From: Cyanophora paradoxa CCMP329
Taxonomy: Eukaryota; Plantae; Glaucophyta
Assembly: GCA_004431415.1 (NCBI GenBank)
Contig: QPMI01000292.1
Location: 1-59,907 of the forward strand
Direction: 5' to 3'
DNA length: 59,907 bases
Every line of letters begins with the position of its first letter. Within the stretch, counting starts at the first letter, position 1. The translations under genes were made by a program, and so were the position numbers. Of this stretch, positions 24,008-36,611 are shown piece after piece. The notes under the pieces were generated by a model. The model saw nothing but the letters and a program-made list of their open reading frames with translations, searched no databases and was not told where the DNA came from.

Positions 24008-26507
24008 ATGGAGACGCGGGTTGAGCGCCCGCCGCTCCCCTTTAAGAAGAAAGAGATCGAGCTGCCGGCCACGGCCTGCTTCGTGAGGCGAGGCTGGCAC
24101 ATATGGGCAGTCTCGTTCTCCATTCTCTCCATCGCCTGCCTCCTCATCTCCCTTGCCACGACCGGTGCGCAGCAGCCACACGCCACATGGCTCGCCCAGC
24201 TCACGCCGCCCAGGCTGGTTCGAGCACACGTACCGGTCAGGCGTGGCACATTTCGGCCTCTTCACGGTTCAGGTGCGCGGCGCGGGCGGGCGGCGGGCGG
24301 GCGGGCCGCTGAGGCGGGGGCAGGACCTGGACCGCCTGATCGACCAGGACGACTACTGCGAGGCGGGCCTGAAGCGCGGCCTCACCGACGAGGACTGCAA
24401 CATCAACACCCGCAACAGCGCGCCCGCCCCCTCGCGCGGCAGGGCGCGCAGGGCGATGGCTGACGGGGGGGCAGACCGGGCGACGGCGGCGATGCTGGCG
24501 CTGCAGGTGGCGCTGCAGGTGGTGGTAATCGTGACGCAGGGGTACTTCTACTTCGCGCGGGGCCTGGAGTACCGGCAGGGGGTGGCGGTGGGGGTCGTCG
24601 CCTGGGTCTCGACCCTCTGCGGCTTCCTCGCCATCGCCCTCTGGACCGCCATCCAGTACAACAAGTACACCTACACCCTCAAGGACTACGGCTACGGGTC
24701 CCCCGCCCCCGCCCCGCCCCGCCCCACCCCCGCCACAGCGCCCCGCGCCCCCCCCCGTTTTCTTCTCTGACCGGGGGCGGGGGCGGGGCGGCGCATGCGC
24801 AGGTACGTGCTGGCGTGGCTGGGGTGGAGCTTCGGGCTCATCTCCTCCGCCCTCTTCGTCCGCGCGCAGGTGCGGCGCGCCGCGGCCGCGGCTCGGGGCG
24901 GGGGCGGGGCGGGGGCGAGGGGGCGGCAGCGGGAGCGGGACGGGAAGCGGACGATCGCCGAGGAGCTCGCCTTCGTCACCGTGCGCCCCGCGCCCCGCTG
25001 CGGCGCGGGGCGGGGCGGGGCGGGGCTCACGGGGCGGGCAGATCGGGGAGCCGAACTGGTACACGACGGCGCTGCAGTGCCCGAAGTGCCACCTGCTGCT
25101 GGGGGCGGCCGCGCACGGCTACTCCATGGCGACGTGCCTGTGCGGGGCCACCTTCCCCGTCGCCTCCTCCCGCGCCTGGCTCGTCCTCGAGCACGCCGCC
25201 CGCCCCGACGCCCCCGCCTGCGCCATCATCCAGTGCCACAAGTGCACCCGCGTGCGCCCGCACCGCCGGCCGCGCCCCGCCGGTGTGGGGCGCGGGGCGA
25301 CTCGGGGGCGGCAGGTGTGCGTGAAGGAGTTCGGGGAGCGGGGCCGCTCGTGCCTGCAGCTCCTCGCCCTCCTCGAGTTCCGCCCCTACCGCTTCCCCTA
25401 CTTCTACGTGCCCCCCCCGCCCCCGAAGGCCCGCCCGCCCGCCCCCCGCCCCCGCCGCCCCGGCTGCTGAGGGCGCGGCAGGTGATCGATTGCGAGTGTG
25501 GCGAGCAGATCGACGTCGCGGAGGCCCCCGAGGTGCCCCCTCGCCCCCCCCACTCCCCTCCGAGCCCCAGCGGGGGCCCCCGCCAACCTCTCCCCCCTCC
25601 CCTTCCCCTCGGGCAGGCGCGGTTCATGGCCGGTCTGCGGGGCTACGTCGGCCGCCTCGCCCGCGCGGAGTGGCGGCGCCGGGCGGCGGAGCGGGCGGCG
25701 GGGCGGCGGCGGGTGCTGCTGACGGTGCTGTACGGGCTGACGTGCCGGCGGCCGCCGGCGGCGGCGCTGCAGCCGCGGGTGACCGAGGAGGCGGACGCGA
25801 GCGACGATCTCTATGCCCTCGGCCTTGCGGGGCCCGACGCCCCCGTCCCCGCCCCGACGCCGCCGCCGGGCCGCGTGCGGGGCGGCGGTGGCGGCGCGGG
25901 AGGCGGGGGCGCTGGTGGGCGTGGAGTGCCCCACGTGCCACTACGGGATGCCGGCGATCCCGCACGGGGCCCGCTTCTGGTCGTGCCCCCGCTGCTACCT
26001 CAAGTTCGAGGTCGCCAGCGCGCTCCCCGAGGAGGCCCGCGCGCCCCCGCCCGAGCCCGTCCGCAACATCGTGGCCCAGAGGGTCCGCGGCGGCCCGCGC
26101 GGCGCCAAGGCCGCCGCCGCGGCCGCCGCGGGCAAGGGCGGGGGGGCGGGGCGCGGGGCCGGGGGGAAGACGACGTGCCCGGTGTGCGGGGAGCGGCTGG
26201 ACAGCCTCGGCGACGGCGGCCGCATCTGCGCCAACTGCGGCCACATGGCCTCCCTCCCCGTCCCCGCCTCCGAGTGGTCCGCCCGCCCCCGCCCCCCGGC
26301 CCCCGCCCCGCGCGCCCCTGAGCGCGCGGGCGGCGCAGGTACGTCTTCCGAGGCGAGGCCGAGGCGCCGCGCGTCGGGCGTGCCCCCGTCGGCATGGCCC
26401 TCGGGCCCGCCCCCGGGCCGGGGCCGGGGCCGGGGCCCACGCCGGGTGGCGCCTGGGCGGCCTGGGGCATCCCCGGCCGCGTCGAAAGCCCCGCTCAGTT
26501 CGCCTGA
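24008..26507 (+). CDS. Claudin/PMP22-like four-TM protein fused to multiple CxxC zinc-ribbon motifs
   Basis: TM1 is followed by W...HFGLF...C...C (claudin-like ECL1 signature), two further hydrophobic segments and YGYGYVLAWLGW TM4. The tail has CPKC, CLC, CHKC, CEC, CPTC, CPRC, CPVC and CANC. Confidence 0.6.
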
Positions 26508-27000
26508 AGCCTCTCCCCCGACGCTCACTCCTCAGCGCGTAGTCTAGTATCAGATTGTATTGAAAAATACATGATCTACGCAGGAAATAGAAACGGCAAA
26601 ATGGCACTTGTGCAAGGATGCATTGGGCAGGCCCATACCTAGGGTTGCCTTGAACGTTACACACAGCGATACTAGAGGTACAAAGAAGTCTGGACGATGT
26701 ACATGTACATATCATAGTATGTACTAGACTACTAGCTGTAGTAGAAGAGCTCGCAGAGCGGTACGTATACATGTACAGCTAATCAGATGAGGATTGCAGG
26801 TAACCAGATGCAGCAGCGAATAGGAAAAAGAATACACGGTAGGTAGCACTTGATATTCAATAAAAGCAACCCGTGGAGAGAAACACGGGTCGACGATAGA
26901 AGCGACGGGTGCGCACGGATCCCGAGACACGCGACTGGAAAGTACGAGTAAAGGATTGGCGGCGCACAGCTCGCGGGCGAGGCGGCGCAGAGGGCGACCC

Positions 27001-28383
27001 TCACGGGAGGCCGACATCCGGGCGAAGGGCGAGGCCGGCGGCTGCGGCGGCGGTGACGGCTGGGATGGAGGCGAGGCCGCGGGGCGGGGGCCGTCGGGGG
27101 GCGGGGCCCTGCGCGGGGTCATGGGGAGGGGCAGGGGCGGGGGCCGGGGGCGCGGGGCCGCACGGAGGGGCGGAGGACGTGGACGGGCCCTCGGAGTCGA
27201 CGAGGACGCCGAACTCGGGCTCGGCCTCCGCGCGCCCCGGCCCCCGGCCCTCCTCCTCCGACGAGCCCGAGCTCCAGCTCCGCCCCTGCCCCGCCTCCGA
27301 CGCCGGCTTGGCGGCGAGCGAGCCGAGGGAGTGCAGCCGGTGGACGGGCCGCCGGCGCGCCGCGAGGCCGCCCCGGCCCCGCTCGAACTCGGCGCGGGCG
27401 GCGGCGGCGCGGTTGAAGGCGGCGGGGTCGAGGAGGGGGTCGGCGGGGGCGCGCGGGGAGCTCTGGGGGGAGGAGTAGAGGGAGCTGGGGGCTGCGGGCA
27501 GCGAGGAGAAGCTGCGGCTGGACGAGGAGCGCGGCAAGAGGAAGCTCGCCGCGCTCGGCGAGGGCGCCGAGGGGAGGCCCGGCGGCGCTTCCGGCAGCGA
27601 GGAGCGCTTCTTCTTCTGGGGGCGGGGGAGGGTCAGGGCGGGGGCGGGGCCGTGGGGCGGGCCGAGGGCGGGCACCGAGTCCACGAAGGCGATGTGGAGG
27701 TGGAGCTCGCCGCGCGTCGCCCCCGCCCGGTCCTGCAGCGGCAGCCACGCGTCCACCTTGCGCCCCTCGGCGATCATCGCGCTGTAGTCCACCACTGCGG
27801 CGCCCCGTTGAGCCCCGGCGGAGGGCGCGGCGGGGCGCCCCGCGGGGCGGCGCACCGAGCTTGCCGATGAGCACGGGCGGGGCCTGCCCGTCGCCCTCCC
27901 CCGACCCGCAGAAAAGTGCGGCAGAAAATGCTGTTTTTTGGCCTTTCCGGAGCTGGAATTCGATCCGCTCGAACCTGCGCCACGGCACCCGCCGGCCGCG
28001 TCGGCGCGAGCTCGAGACGTCGACGGCGCCGAGGCGAGGGACGCGGATGAGGGGCGGGCGCGCACCAGGCCGGTTCGGCGGCGGATGCGCGAGAAGGCAG
28101 GGTGCGGTGCTGCTCGCCGTCGGGGTCGGTGACCACCACGAAGGGCTCCCCGCACCCGTTCCCCCGCACCATCCGCCGCGCCGCGATCACCCGCACCACC
28201 AGCTTCCTGCGTACGCACCGCCCCCGCCGCGACCTCGCTCAGTCCCGCGAGCGAAGGCCGCCTCCGACGGGCTCAGAGCAGCGCAGCGTATACTGACCCT
28301 CGGAAGCCTTCATTGACCGCCAGCTGCTTCGTGTACCGCAACGGAGGCGGGTTGGGGGGCCCGTCCGAGGCCTCAACCGCCAT
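27001..28383 (-). CDS. C2-domain protein with Ser/Pro-rich tail
   Basis: Spliced MAVEASDG...GFRGKLVVRVIAARRM...EPFVVVT...QHRT...EPAW...VLIGKL...VDAWLPLQ...GELHLHIAFV fits a C2 domain. Confidence 0.7.
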
Positions 28384-28431
28384 TTTTCAACAGCCGCCGA
28401 CTCGAAGCTAAACGACTGCAGGCTTCCCGCC

Positions 28432-28564
28432 GGAGAGCCCGCGGGCGCACCCGTGGGTGCAGGGCGCGAGCGCGATGCCGGCCCCGGGGCCCGTGCCGAC
28501 CTTCTCGGACGCCTCGCCGATGGTCGAGCTGCCCCTCGACCTCACGGGCTTCGCCTGGTGCCCC
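28432..28564 (+). repeat. 133-bp duplicate of part of the kinase gene (36223-36355)
   Basis: Near-identical (about 4 mismatches) to the kinase exon encoding [37 protein letters not shown], plus the first intron bases. Confidence 0.9.
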
Positions 28565-30046
28565 AGATCTAGACCGCCAGTGGTCCGCCACCACCAGAGC
28601 GTTACGAGTGTTCGGTTGCGGAGTTTCGCAGATGCCCGGCTGATACGCTGAATTGGGCTTCGTAGCTGTGTCGCACGACGCTGAATCATGCGCATGCGCG
28701 CGGGCTGCTGATGCGTCGGAACTGCACTGCGGCGGCAGGGCGAGGTCCCAGGTGCAATCAGACGAGCGATTCCCCAGATACACTCGGCTGCGGTTGGTGG
28801 GAGGTGGGTCGGGAGTGGGCTGGGGCGGGGGGGGCCCGAGCGACGGGGTACGTGTGGACTGGATGGGTAGAGACTACTCTGCATGCAGCTGACGAGCTCG
28901 ACAGCCGCCGCCGGCGACGGATTCCTTCGCACTCTTTGCTGAAGTGGTGCGCGTTTTCAGTAGTGGCAAGTTTACTGCCAACCTGCGTTTGGGCTCGCGA
29001 TCGCGTGACCAAGATCGCTCAGCACAGGTTGGCTGGAGCTCCGCATTATCTCCCGCCCGACCAGGCCATTTGCTTTGCGATCGGGCTGTTCGCGTTCCGA
29101 TCCGATCCGCGCATCCGATCTCGCACGATCGCGCAGGCGCATTCATTTCGACAAGAACTTGAAACATCTTGCATCTTGAAACAGCTCGGAAGTGTATCCG
29201 CTCGTCGTCGATCGACACTGGTTTTCCTCCAGTTCCGTCGAGCTGCCGCCTCGGGTTCGTTGCACTCCCGGAGTCCGTTCACCCCGACCCGGCGGACAAA
29301 CTGATGATAAACTTCTTTCTACACAACTTCATATGATGTCTATGATCTTAAACCATCCCACTTCCTGAGCCCGATCATTGCCAGCTTCCTCTCGTTTGCG
29401 CCTTCCGTCGCTGACGCATCGCTGCCGATGCCTGCGCAGAGATCTGCGCACGCCCAGAGAAAGCGCGTCGTAGCGTGTTGCCGATGCCGAGCGGGACATC
29501 TTTCGAAGTTCGAACTCAGCCTTGCCGAGTGAGCCGCCGCCTGCTCTTCCGCAACGAAGCGCTTAGATGATGAAACCAAATATCCACAATGCTCTAGAAT
29601 TACATCTAGCGAGGCAAAACCTCGTGAGAATTTACTACGGTTGCTGATCACGCGAGAATTTACGAGCATCCTTGCAGCGCTAGCCGCTTGATCGATGCTA
29701 ATCTCGGTCCTTGCAGTAAGGCTGGGACGGCTGCGGAGGCGGATCGCATCGCAGTGGCGCGGATCCGGCTGCGGACATCACTCAGTGACTGATGGGCGTG
29801 GCGACCGGCGTCGATGCCTGCCCCGCCGCCGACCCCCGCCTGCCCCGCCGCCCTGCTAGGTATATGTTGTGTTTCTGGCCCAGAAAAGCGCTTCGAGGCC
29901 GCATGTGTGTCTTTGCTGGGAATTGTTTCCTTGCCGAATCAAACTGGTTATTTTGGATGAAAATATGGCGGAGTGTCCTGGATATGCGGAGCAGGAGGCG
30001 AACACGGGAAAGAAGCGGCGGCAGACTAGTACTGTGCGGCAAGCAA

Positions 30047-31086
30047 TCACTTGTTGTGGTCCTTCTTCTTGTCCTTGTAGCGCTGGTGCCACCACTGCGA
30101 GCGAGGAGGGCACAGCGTCGGCGCGAATTTCGGAAGCAGCGCCGAGGCGCATGGGGCGGGCGCGCCTCGTCGAAGGTCGCGATGGCGTGCGCCTGGCCAC
30201 CCCGCCACGCAACCTGCTTCTTCGCCTCCTCCACCTCGAAGAACCTGCGCGGATTGAATTCGAGGTGGCCCGTGACCTCCTAGCCGAGCCGCGGGGCGGC
30301 AGCGAGGGCAGGCATGCTGACTGCCGCTTTCGAATATCCTTCTCGTCCCAATCGTCGAGCATGGCTTTGAACTGCGGGCGGAGCGACTCAGCGCGAACGC
30401 GCGAGGGCGCAGCGGGCGGGCGGCGTGGGCTGCGCGCGGCGAAACGAGCTGACAGACCTGGAATGCAAACCAGTGCGTGTGCGCGTTGCGCTTCTCGTCC
30501 AGCTCGTTGCAGATGAACGCGTTCTGAGCGGGGTGCCCGCCCCACTTGCCCGTCCCCAGCGGCTGTCCGTCAGCGGCCATAGGCGACACGAGCGCCGGCT
30601 CCGCGTGCGCGATGACCCCGGAGCTCTGATGAATGACCTTCGGGACTACGCCCGCCTCCTCGAGCAGCTCCCGGTAAGCCGCCTCGTAGCCCGTCTCGCC
30701 ATCATCGATGCCGCCCGCGGGCAGCACCCAGCGATCTGATACAATGGCGACGAATCAAGCGCGTACCACACGCGGCCGCCGGGCGTGCGGGGAGGCGGAC
30801 CCGGGTGCCCGCTGCCTGCACAGCAACGCGCGAGGCATTCGTTAGCTACGGAGCCGTGCGGCGTTGCTGGGTTGCAGACTGGAGCAAAGCAGTACTAGTA
30901 GAGGCCCATCCTTCTTCTGATGCCAGCAGATGGCGCCGCCGCGGAACCTGCGGACGCGTGGTCGCATTTCGCGCTTGCTCAGCGCGCGCGGCTCGCCTTG
31001 CTCACAGAGCTCGCGCACCGCTTGGACGACTTCTCGGTGACTGTCGGGAAGTACCTCGGCGGGTCGCTGCGATGCGCCGCGGCCAT
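30047..31086 (-). CDS. Diphosphoinositol-polyphosphate phosphohydrolase (DIPP/NUDT3/Ddp1-like Nudix hydrolase)
   Basis: Spliced RFRGGAIC...VLLCSSSGHPDRWVLPAGGIDDGETGYEAAYRELLEEAGV (Nudix box)...LDDWDEKDIRKRQFFEVEEA matches the DIPP family. Confidence 0.88.
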
Positions 31087-31172
31087 CGCAAGCTTTAAGA
31101 CTGCTTCACCCCCCCCCCCCTCTCTCGCCCTCCCCTCTCGAGAATTTCACTTATACTTTACAACAGAGGCCC

Positions 31173-34160
31173 TCACAGTCTGGTTGGGGGCGTTGGGGGG
31201 ACGCCCGGGCCCGGGGGGCCAGCGCCAGGGGCAGGGACGCCGGGAGTGAGGATGGGTACGCGGCGTTTGATCTTGCGCCACGTGCCGGCGTCGTAGTTCA
31301 TCTCGAAGACTGGGGGAGGGGGTGCGTGAGCGGGGAGGAGAGCGGGGTGGGGGATGACGGTCGGGGTGCGCGCGGGCGGACCGATCTGCTCGTTGAAGCG
31401 GGCGAGCTGGCCGGGGGCGAGGGGGAGCTCCACCTGGTGCGCCAGAATCTGCCGCACGGCGCCCGTCTGCAGCCCCAGCGCCCGCCCCCTCAGCTCCCCC
31501 GCCGCCGTGCGCTGCGGGGCAGAAAGGCGGAGCCGCGCGCGCCTGTGCGGGCCGCCGCGTGTCTCCCGCGAGGAAAGCCGCGATCGCCGCGCGGTCCGCC
31601 GGCGTGAGCGAATTGTTCTGACGCGCGGGTTGAGATCCGAGACGCGGGAAAGAGGGGCGGGAGCGTGCCTCGGGGAGGATGGCGTCGACGGCGGGGGCGC
31701 TGGACGGGGCGGGGATGGCCGGGGGCGGCGCGGGGGTCCCCGGCGCTCCCGTGAAGGCAGGCGAGGGGGCAAAGGAGAGGGACGGGGCGAAGAGGCCGGT
31801 CGGGGGAGGTGGCAGCCGCTGGTGCCCGGAAGGCGCTGTGGAGAACGGGGAGGGCACGGAGGAGGGCTGCATGAACCGCGCCGCCCCGGGGGGCGCCCCG
31901 GGGGGCACAGTCGAAGCGAAGGGGGACGGGGCCGAGAAGGGCACGCCGGGAGGGCGCGGGCCCGGCGCGGCCGATCCGGGCACGGGGGCCCCCGGGGGCG
32001 CCATCCCGGGGGGCAGCGCGCCGGGCGGGCGGGGCTGGATGCCCGGGGGCAGGCTGGCGAAGGAGCCCGGGGGCGCGATGCCGGGCGGCAGGCTGCCGGT
32101 GACGCGCACCATCCCCGGCATCTGCACGACTGCCCCGGGGCGCGAGTCGGAGGGCGACGCCGGCCGGGCGCTCGGCGAGGGCGAGCACGGGGCACTCACC
32201 TCCAGGCACCCCCGGGGCCGCCGGCTGCGGCTGCCGGCGGGGGGCAAGGTAAATCAGGGAGGGCGACGGGCGATGGCCCCAGAGTGCGCACGGGGCGGGC
32301 TGCAGCAGAGGCGGCGGCGGCGGCGGCGGCGAAGGCGGCGGCAGATGGGCCGAGTGTGGAGAATGGGGCGGAGGGGGGCGGGCGGGGCGCGGAGGGGGCA
32401 GGGCCGGCGGGGGCCGGGGGCCGGCGCTGCGCGGGCCCGTCCTCGTCCTCCTCGTCCTCCTCTGCGGACAGGCCTGGGGTGAGCAGGGCAGGGTCCGGGG
32501 CGGGGGCCGCCGCGCCGCGCCCGCGCACCCTCATCCTCCTCCATCTCCTCCTCCTCCTCTTCCTCCTCCTCCTCCTCCTCCTCCTCCTTCTCGTCGGCCT
32601 CGGCGCCCTTCTTCTCTGCCCCGTCGTCGCCCTTCTTGGCGCGCTCGGCCTTCTTGGCGGCCTTGGCGGCGGCCCGCTCCCGCGCGCGCTCCTCCTTGGC
32701 CGCCGCCTTGGCCGCCCGCTTCGCCTCCCGCTCCGCCTCCCGCTTCGCCTTCTTCTCCGCCCGCTTCTTCTCCCGCTCCTCCTCCTGCCGCCCCGCGTCA
32801 GCGCCCGGGCGGGCGGCGCGGCGGCGCGCGCGCACCCGCTCCTTGCGCTTGCGCTCCTTGGCCTCGGCGGAGGTCTCGGCCGGCGGGCCCGGCGGGGGCG
32901 CCACGGGCAGGAAGGTCGGCACGGAGGCCGAGGGGCCGAGCCCCGGGGGCCCCTCCCCGTGCAAGCCGGCGGCCGGCCCCCGCCGCGCCCCGCCGGGGCG
33001 CTTGGCGCTCTGCTGCTGGAGCGCCGTCGCCGCGTCCACGTCGATCATCTTCAGGCGGGAGGTCTTCTGCAGCCCCTTGCGCTCCGCCCCGCCCCCCAGC
33101 GCCCCCGCTGCCGGCTTCGCTGAGGAGCGCTGCAGGAACGAAGGCCGCGCTGCTGCAGGGCCCCCTCAGCACTCGCGCCGCCCATAGGCGCCCTGGCTCC
33201 CTCACCTGGGGCCCCCTTCGCGGCGCCCGGCGCTGGCGTCGGGCGCAGCGGGGCCCCAGCCGGCGCGCCCGGGGCGGGCTCAGGGGCTGAGGAGGGCGAC
33301 CCTGAGCGAGAGGCGCCGGGCGGCGGGGTCGGCGACGGCCCCGCCCCGCGCTCTGTCGCCGCTGCCTGCGATGGCTTCCCGCCAGGCGGCTTAGCTCCCG
33401 GCGGAGGCCCTCGCCTGATGTCCTTCCCGCTGACCGCCGCCCGCGCTGCGGCGTTTGAGGCGCGAGCGCAGGGGCGCGGGCGCGGGCATCAGGGCAACAG
33501 GGCACCGTCCGGGGCGATGCGCGGAGCTAGCCGTGGCTCCTCTAACTTCTCTTTGAGCTGAAAGTGCACCCCGGTCCCGGGTGCCTCGTCCTCCTCGGCA
33601 GCCGCGATCAGAGCTGGCGAGAGGTACGCGTAGTCGAGAGGCGCCAACGCCGCCGGCGCCTTCCGCTCCTCCACTACCGCCCGCCGTGTCAGCCGGCGAC
33701 GGCGCGGGAGGGTGCGGCGGTCATCACCCATCTGCTGCAGGACGTTGAATGTCTCCAGGAAGCTCGTGTTGCCCGGGAAGCTCAGCGGGGCGCTCGTTCC
33801 CGACCGTGCGACTTCGACGAGGACGCCCGCCATGACGCGGACCCAGTCGTCGTCACTCTTGAGGCCCAGCTCGACGAGCTTTTCGAACCCGGCTCGCAGC
33901 TCGCCGAACTGCGTTCGCCGGCAGGACAGCATCGAGCAGAGGACGTGCACCTGCGCATGCGAGCGCCACTCAGTGCAGGCAAGCGCTTCGGTACCGATGT
34001 CAATGCTCGCCTGCACGGGCGCTTCGAGCACGTGGAATGACTCGCAGATGGCGTCGAGGACCTCGGCAGTGAGGAAGGGAGCAAGGTTCTCCGACGACCA
34101 CTCGCCCGCGCACTTGCTGGGGAGCCACAGCGCCACATCTCGGGAACCTGTGGCAGCCAT
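31173..34160 (-). CDS. NELFA: Negative elongation factor subunit A (NELF-A/WHSC2) homolog
   Basis: N-terminus DVALWLPSK...WSSENLAPFLTAEVLDAI...SDDDWVRVMAGVL...PLDYAYLS...HFQLK and C-terminus LTPADRAAIAAFLAG...IVFEMNYDAGTWRKIK match both conserved ends of NELF-A. The stop may instead be at 31147 if a last intron is used. Confidence 0.85.
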
Positions 34161-34565
34161 GTACGTGGGCGAGCGGGCTTCGGGGACCAAAGCGCTCCGG
34201 GCGCTCTTGCCGCTCCGGGCGCTCCAAAAGCTGCTGCTATTAACCGCTTTGCAGGTGGCTGCAGCTTCACTATGGCGTGCAACTGTACCCTCATAAAAAA
34301 AACCGCCCGGCGACTGCGCCTGTGCCACGCGCCTCGCGAGCACCCGGCTGCAGCAGTGCAGCACGCAGCACGCAGCGCAGCAACTACAGCGCGGCGAAGA
34401 TTCATTCGAAGCTATAGCGCGGCCGTTTGAGGCGGGTCGGATCTCCGCGCGCGTGTGCCACAATCCTGGAGAGCGGGCGCATCGCTGAACGACCTCCACC
34501 GGAGCGCCCGACGATCCCTTCATCGCCCACTTGATCAAGCTTGCTGCCTCGCTTCGTCCACAACG

Positions 34566-36611
34566 ATGTCGACGTCTGGCGTGATTGGATCTTATTACAT
34601 TGGTTCGCTGTCGCTAACCTTGGCCCGGGCGGTGGTCGCTAACCTTGAGCTGCCCAGGCGGCACGCTCGGGAGGGGCTCATACGCCAAGTGCGTGTCGCT
34701 CTTGTTATCGTATCGCTAGGCTGCCGCTCATGCGCCGTGTTGGCCTACCTCCGATCCTCTCGTCTCCGATCTTCTCCGCATCGGCGCTGTTGATGTCCGC
34801 TCTGCAGAGTTATCCAAGCACGTAACATGAACACAAACGAGCGCGTTGCCATCAAGATGATGGACAGGAGGTTTATCGAGCGCGAGAACGTGGTGGAGGT
34901 GCGCTCGTTTTTCTTCCGATTTCTTCCGATTTCTCCTCATTCCTTTCCGCCACGCACAGTACGTCAAGAAAGAGGCGAGCGTGCTCTTCTTTTCTCGTCT
35001 CCTGTCTTTCACGCGCGGCCGCAGATCTCTGTGATGTGGTCGCTGAAGCACCCGAACATCGTTGCCCTCAAGGACGTTCTCCTCACGAAGAGCCACATCT
35101 ACCTGGTACTGGAACTCATCCAGGGCAACGAGCTCTTCGGTGCCCCGCCCGCCCCTCCCCGCCCCGCGAGGAGCGGCGCAGGCCCTCACCGCCTCCACCC
35201 GCCGCGCCCTCGGTCGCCGCGTGCAGAGCAAGTCGGTGCGCGCCTCCTTCGCCCTCGCGCTGCGCTCGCCCGCGCTGACGGCGGCCGGCAGCCAAGTCTG
35301 GGGCACTGCAGGAGCAGACCGCGCGGCACTACTTCAACCAGCTCATTAGCGGTGCGGCGGCGGCGGCGGCGGCGGGGGGAGGGGGGGGGGGAGGGGAGGG
35401 GGGGGAGGGGGGAGGGGGGGGAGGGGGGGAGGGGGGGTGGCGGGGGTCGGAAAAAAATTTGCTCGGATAGGTCCGGCCAGGCAGGGAGGGGGTTGCCCCC
35501 CTCCCCACGCGCCGCTGCTTCCAGCGGCTCGGCCGGACCGGAGGCGTTTTATTTACGACACTTCAGGCAAGGGGTGGCGGGGGTCGGGGGCTGACAGGGC
35601 GGGGCGGGGGCAGCGGTGGAGTACTGTCACCAGCACGGGGTCTGCCACCGCGACCTCAAGCTGGAGAACGTCGTCGTCGACAGCTCGGGCCACCTCAAGA
35701 TCCTCGGCGCGCCACCGGCTCCCCACCCCTCACTTTAGCCGCCGCCGCGCTCGCGGCGGCGCTGACGTCCGCGTGGCAGACTTCGGCTTCAGCAGGCACC
35801 TCGATTCCTTCCTGAAGACGCCCGTCGGGGTGCGCTGGGCCACCCTAATCCCGCAACGCCCCCGTCCCCACCGACGTACCCCCCACAGACCCCTACCTAC
35901 ATTGCGCCCGAGTGCGTCCCGCCCCGCCCGTGAGGCAAGAGGCGGCGTGGGGTCTGGGAAGCCGACGTGGGGTGGGCGGGGCCAGGGCGCTGTCGGGGCA
36001 GAGCTACGAGGGGCGGGCGGTGGACGTGTGGGCGATGGGCGTCATGCTGTACGTCATGGTGGTGGGGCAGTACCCCTTCGGCGACCCGAACACGAACATG
36101 GGCCAGCTTTACACGCGCATCCGGGCGGCGCAGTACAACGCGATCCCGCCGCACGTTTCGCCGGCCTGTCAGGATCTCGTGGCGCGCATCATGCAGGCGG
36201 ACCCGCGTGCGCGGATCACGCTGGAGGGCCTGCGGGCGCACCCGTGGGTGCAGGGCGCGAGCGCGATGCCCGCCCCGGGGCCCGTGCCGACCTTCGCGGA
36301 CGCCTCGCCGATGGTCGAGCTGCCCCTCGACCTCACGGGCTTCGCCTGGTGCCCCCAACCGCCCCCGCCCCGCCCCTCCCCGCCCCCTTTGACGGCTCCG
36401 CCCGCGCAGGCCCACGGTGGAGCTGCAGGAACCGATGGAAGTCTCCACTGACGTGCCCAACTCCAACGCCGGTGCGCGCCACTGGGAGCCGCGCCGCGCC
36501 CCGGGGCCGACGTCTCCGCGTGCGCGGGCGGCAGCGGAGGTGGAGGAGTTCAGCGACGGGGCCCCCGAGGAGCTCGCCGACGAAGGCTGGTGGGACGCCG
36601 ACTCCAAGTGA
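34566..36611 (+). CDS. SNF1/AMPK/CIPK-like Ser/Thr kinase (CAMK group)
   Basis: Spliced motifs [89 protein letters not shown]. Confidence 0.93.

Noticed and set aside
25820-25905. Apparent frameshift or non-AG acceptor in the claudin/Zn-ribbon gene
   Set aside because: It can be resolved by an ordinary GT-AG intron at 25845-25902.
28600-29780. ORFs 28711-29304 and 29340-29669 as genes
   Set aside because: No recognisable motifs, host-like codon bias or consistent splice pattern; left unannotated.
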